Source of the DNA: Bacteroidales bacterium
GTDB taxonomy: Bacteria > Bacteroidota > Bacteroidia > Bacteroidales > F082
Length of the DNA: 64,000 nucleotides
NCBI GenBank assembly: GCA_045639025.1
Contig: JAZUCH010000005.1
Span: 2,806 to 66,805, forward strand
Reading direction: 5' to 3'
Part shown: one piece after another, positions 63,271 to 64,000 of the stretch
Position numbering within the stretch: the first letter of the stretch is position 1
Layout: each line of letters begins with the position of its first letter
Notes under the pieces: generated by a model
What the model saw: the letters and a program-made list of their open reading frames with translations, nothing else
Told to the model about the DNA's origin: nothing
The model's database searches: none
Translations under genes and position numbers: made by a program

Positions 63271-63378
63271 TTTATTCAATTTTTGTTTTGCCAAAATTAA
63301 ACATTTTTTCTTAATTATTTCAATATTTTTCATATCTTTGAGACAATTATTTTCGCATGAATTCAAAATCACAATACT

Positions 63379-64000
63379 ATGAAAATTAAATCATTTATAA
63401 TCTGTTTGATAATTTTATCCATCAGCAATTTAATATACGCTCAAAAGAAATACACTTTGCAGTCTCCTGACAAAAGGACTAATGTCAGCATTACTATAGG
63501 CAATGATTTTTTAACATATTCGGTGACACAAGACGATGTTATCATCATCAACGACTCTCCTATCACAATGGAACTCAGCAACGGCAAAATACTAGGAGCG
63601 AATCCTGTGGTGAGAAGTTACGACAACAAGACCGTTGACAAACTCATCAAAGCAGAATTTTACAAAAAAGAATATATAGAAGATTATTACAATGAACTAA
63701 CAATAAGATTCAAAGGAAGCTATAATGTGGAATTCAGAGCATACAACGATGGCGTTGCTTATCGTTTCTGCACCGTATTACCTAAACAAATCACAATAGT
63801 GAGAGAAGGCGTTTTCTATAACTTCGAAGAAGACTACACCGCTCATATTCCTTACGTCAACGAGAGAAGAAGCGAATTGGACTTCCTTCAAAAGCAATTT
63901 TTCAATTCATTTGAAAATACATATACAATAACTCCTATATCAAAAATGGAGAACGACAGAATCGCATTCATGCCTGTCATGGTTTCATTAAAAGACGGAA
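63379..64000 (+). CDS. Glycoside hydrolase family 97 (SusB-like alpha-glucosidase), N-terminal fragment running off the window
   Basis: Hand translation gives MKIKSFIICLIILSISNLIYAQKKYTLQSPDKRTNVSITIGNDFLTYSVTQDDVIIINDSPITMELSNGKILG...YNELTIRFKGSYNVEFRAYNDGVAYRF. This is the pattern of the GH97 N-terminal domain. Confidence 0.65.
   Translation, partial: MKIKSFIICLIILSISNLIYAQKKYTLQSPDKRTNVSITIGNDFLTYSVTQDDVIIINDSPITMELSNGKILGANPVVRSYDNKTVDKLIKAEFYKKEYIEDYYNELTIRFKGSYNVEFRAYNDGVAYRFCTVLPKQITIVREGVFYNFEEDYTAHIPYVNERRSELDFLQKQFFNSFENTYTITPISKMENDRIAFMPVMVSLKDG

Overview
AT-rich Bacteroidales-type chromosomal DNA, probably Prevotella-like. Three things point that way: TAnnTTTG -7 promoter boxes a few bp upstream of many start codons, several proteins with T9SS type-A C-terminal sorting domains, and a TPP riboswitch in front of a TonB-dependent receptor. 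Nearly half the window (about 9.4-40.4 kb, minus strand) is one tightly packed five-gene block of exported proteins of 729, 6088, 481, 430 and 2537 aa. It sits directly downstream of a TPR sensor kinase / LuxR response regulator pair. The 6088-aa protein has ten tandem pectate-lyase-like (choice-of-anchor-Q-like) beta-helix modules, then FN3 and CARDB-like domains, and no recognisable T9SS tail. The first and last genes do carry T9SS tails. A G8 homopolymer at the 5' end of the first gene separates a promoter-proximal ATG and signal peptide from the long ORF by one base, so this is either a phase switch or a homopolymer sequencing error. The rest of the window holds a TolC/HlyD efflux pair, a tandem USP, hemolysin III, a CAT-family acetyltransferase, three tRNA-Ser genes (two identical copies bracket the giant locus), a BNR/T9SS protein, a GWxTD protein, a GT2, aroQ, a rhodanese, a P-type ATPase, pepE and a GH97 fragment. 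There are also two paralogous repeat lipoproteins and a compact four-gene operon of exported LPP20-like proteins of unknown function. Many gene boundaries carry locus-specific imperfect 7-8 bp stutter repeats, and a longer structured repeat occurs twice. No CRISPR array, transposase, integrase or recognisable defence gene was seen. All family assignments come from motif recognition by eye and none were checked against a database.
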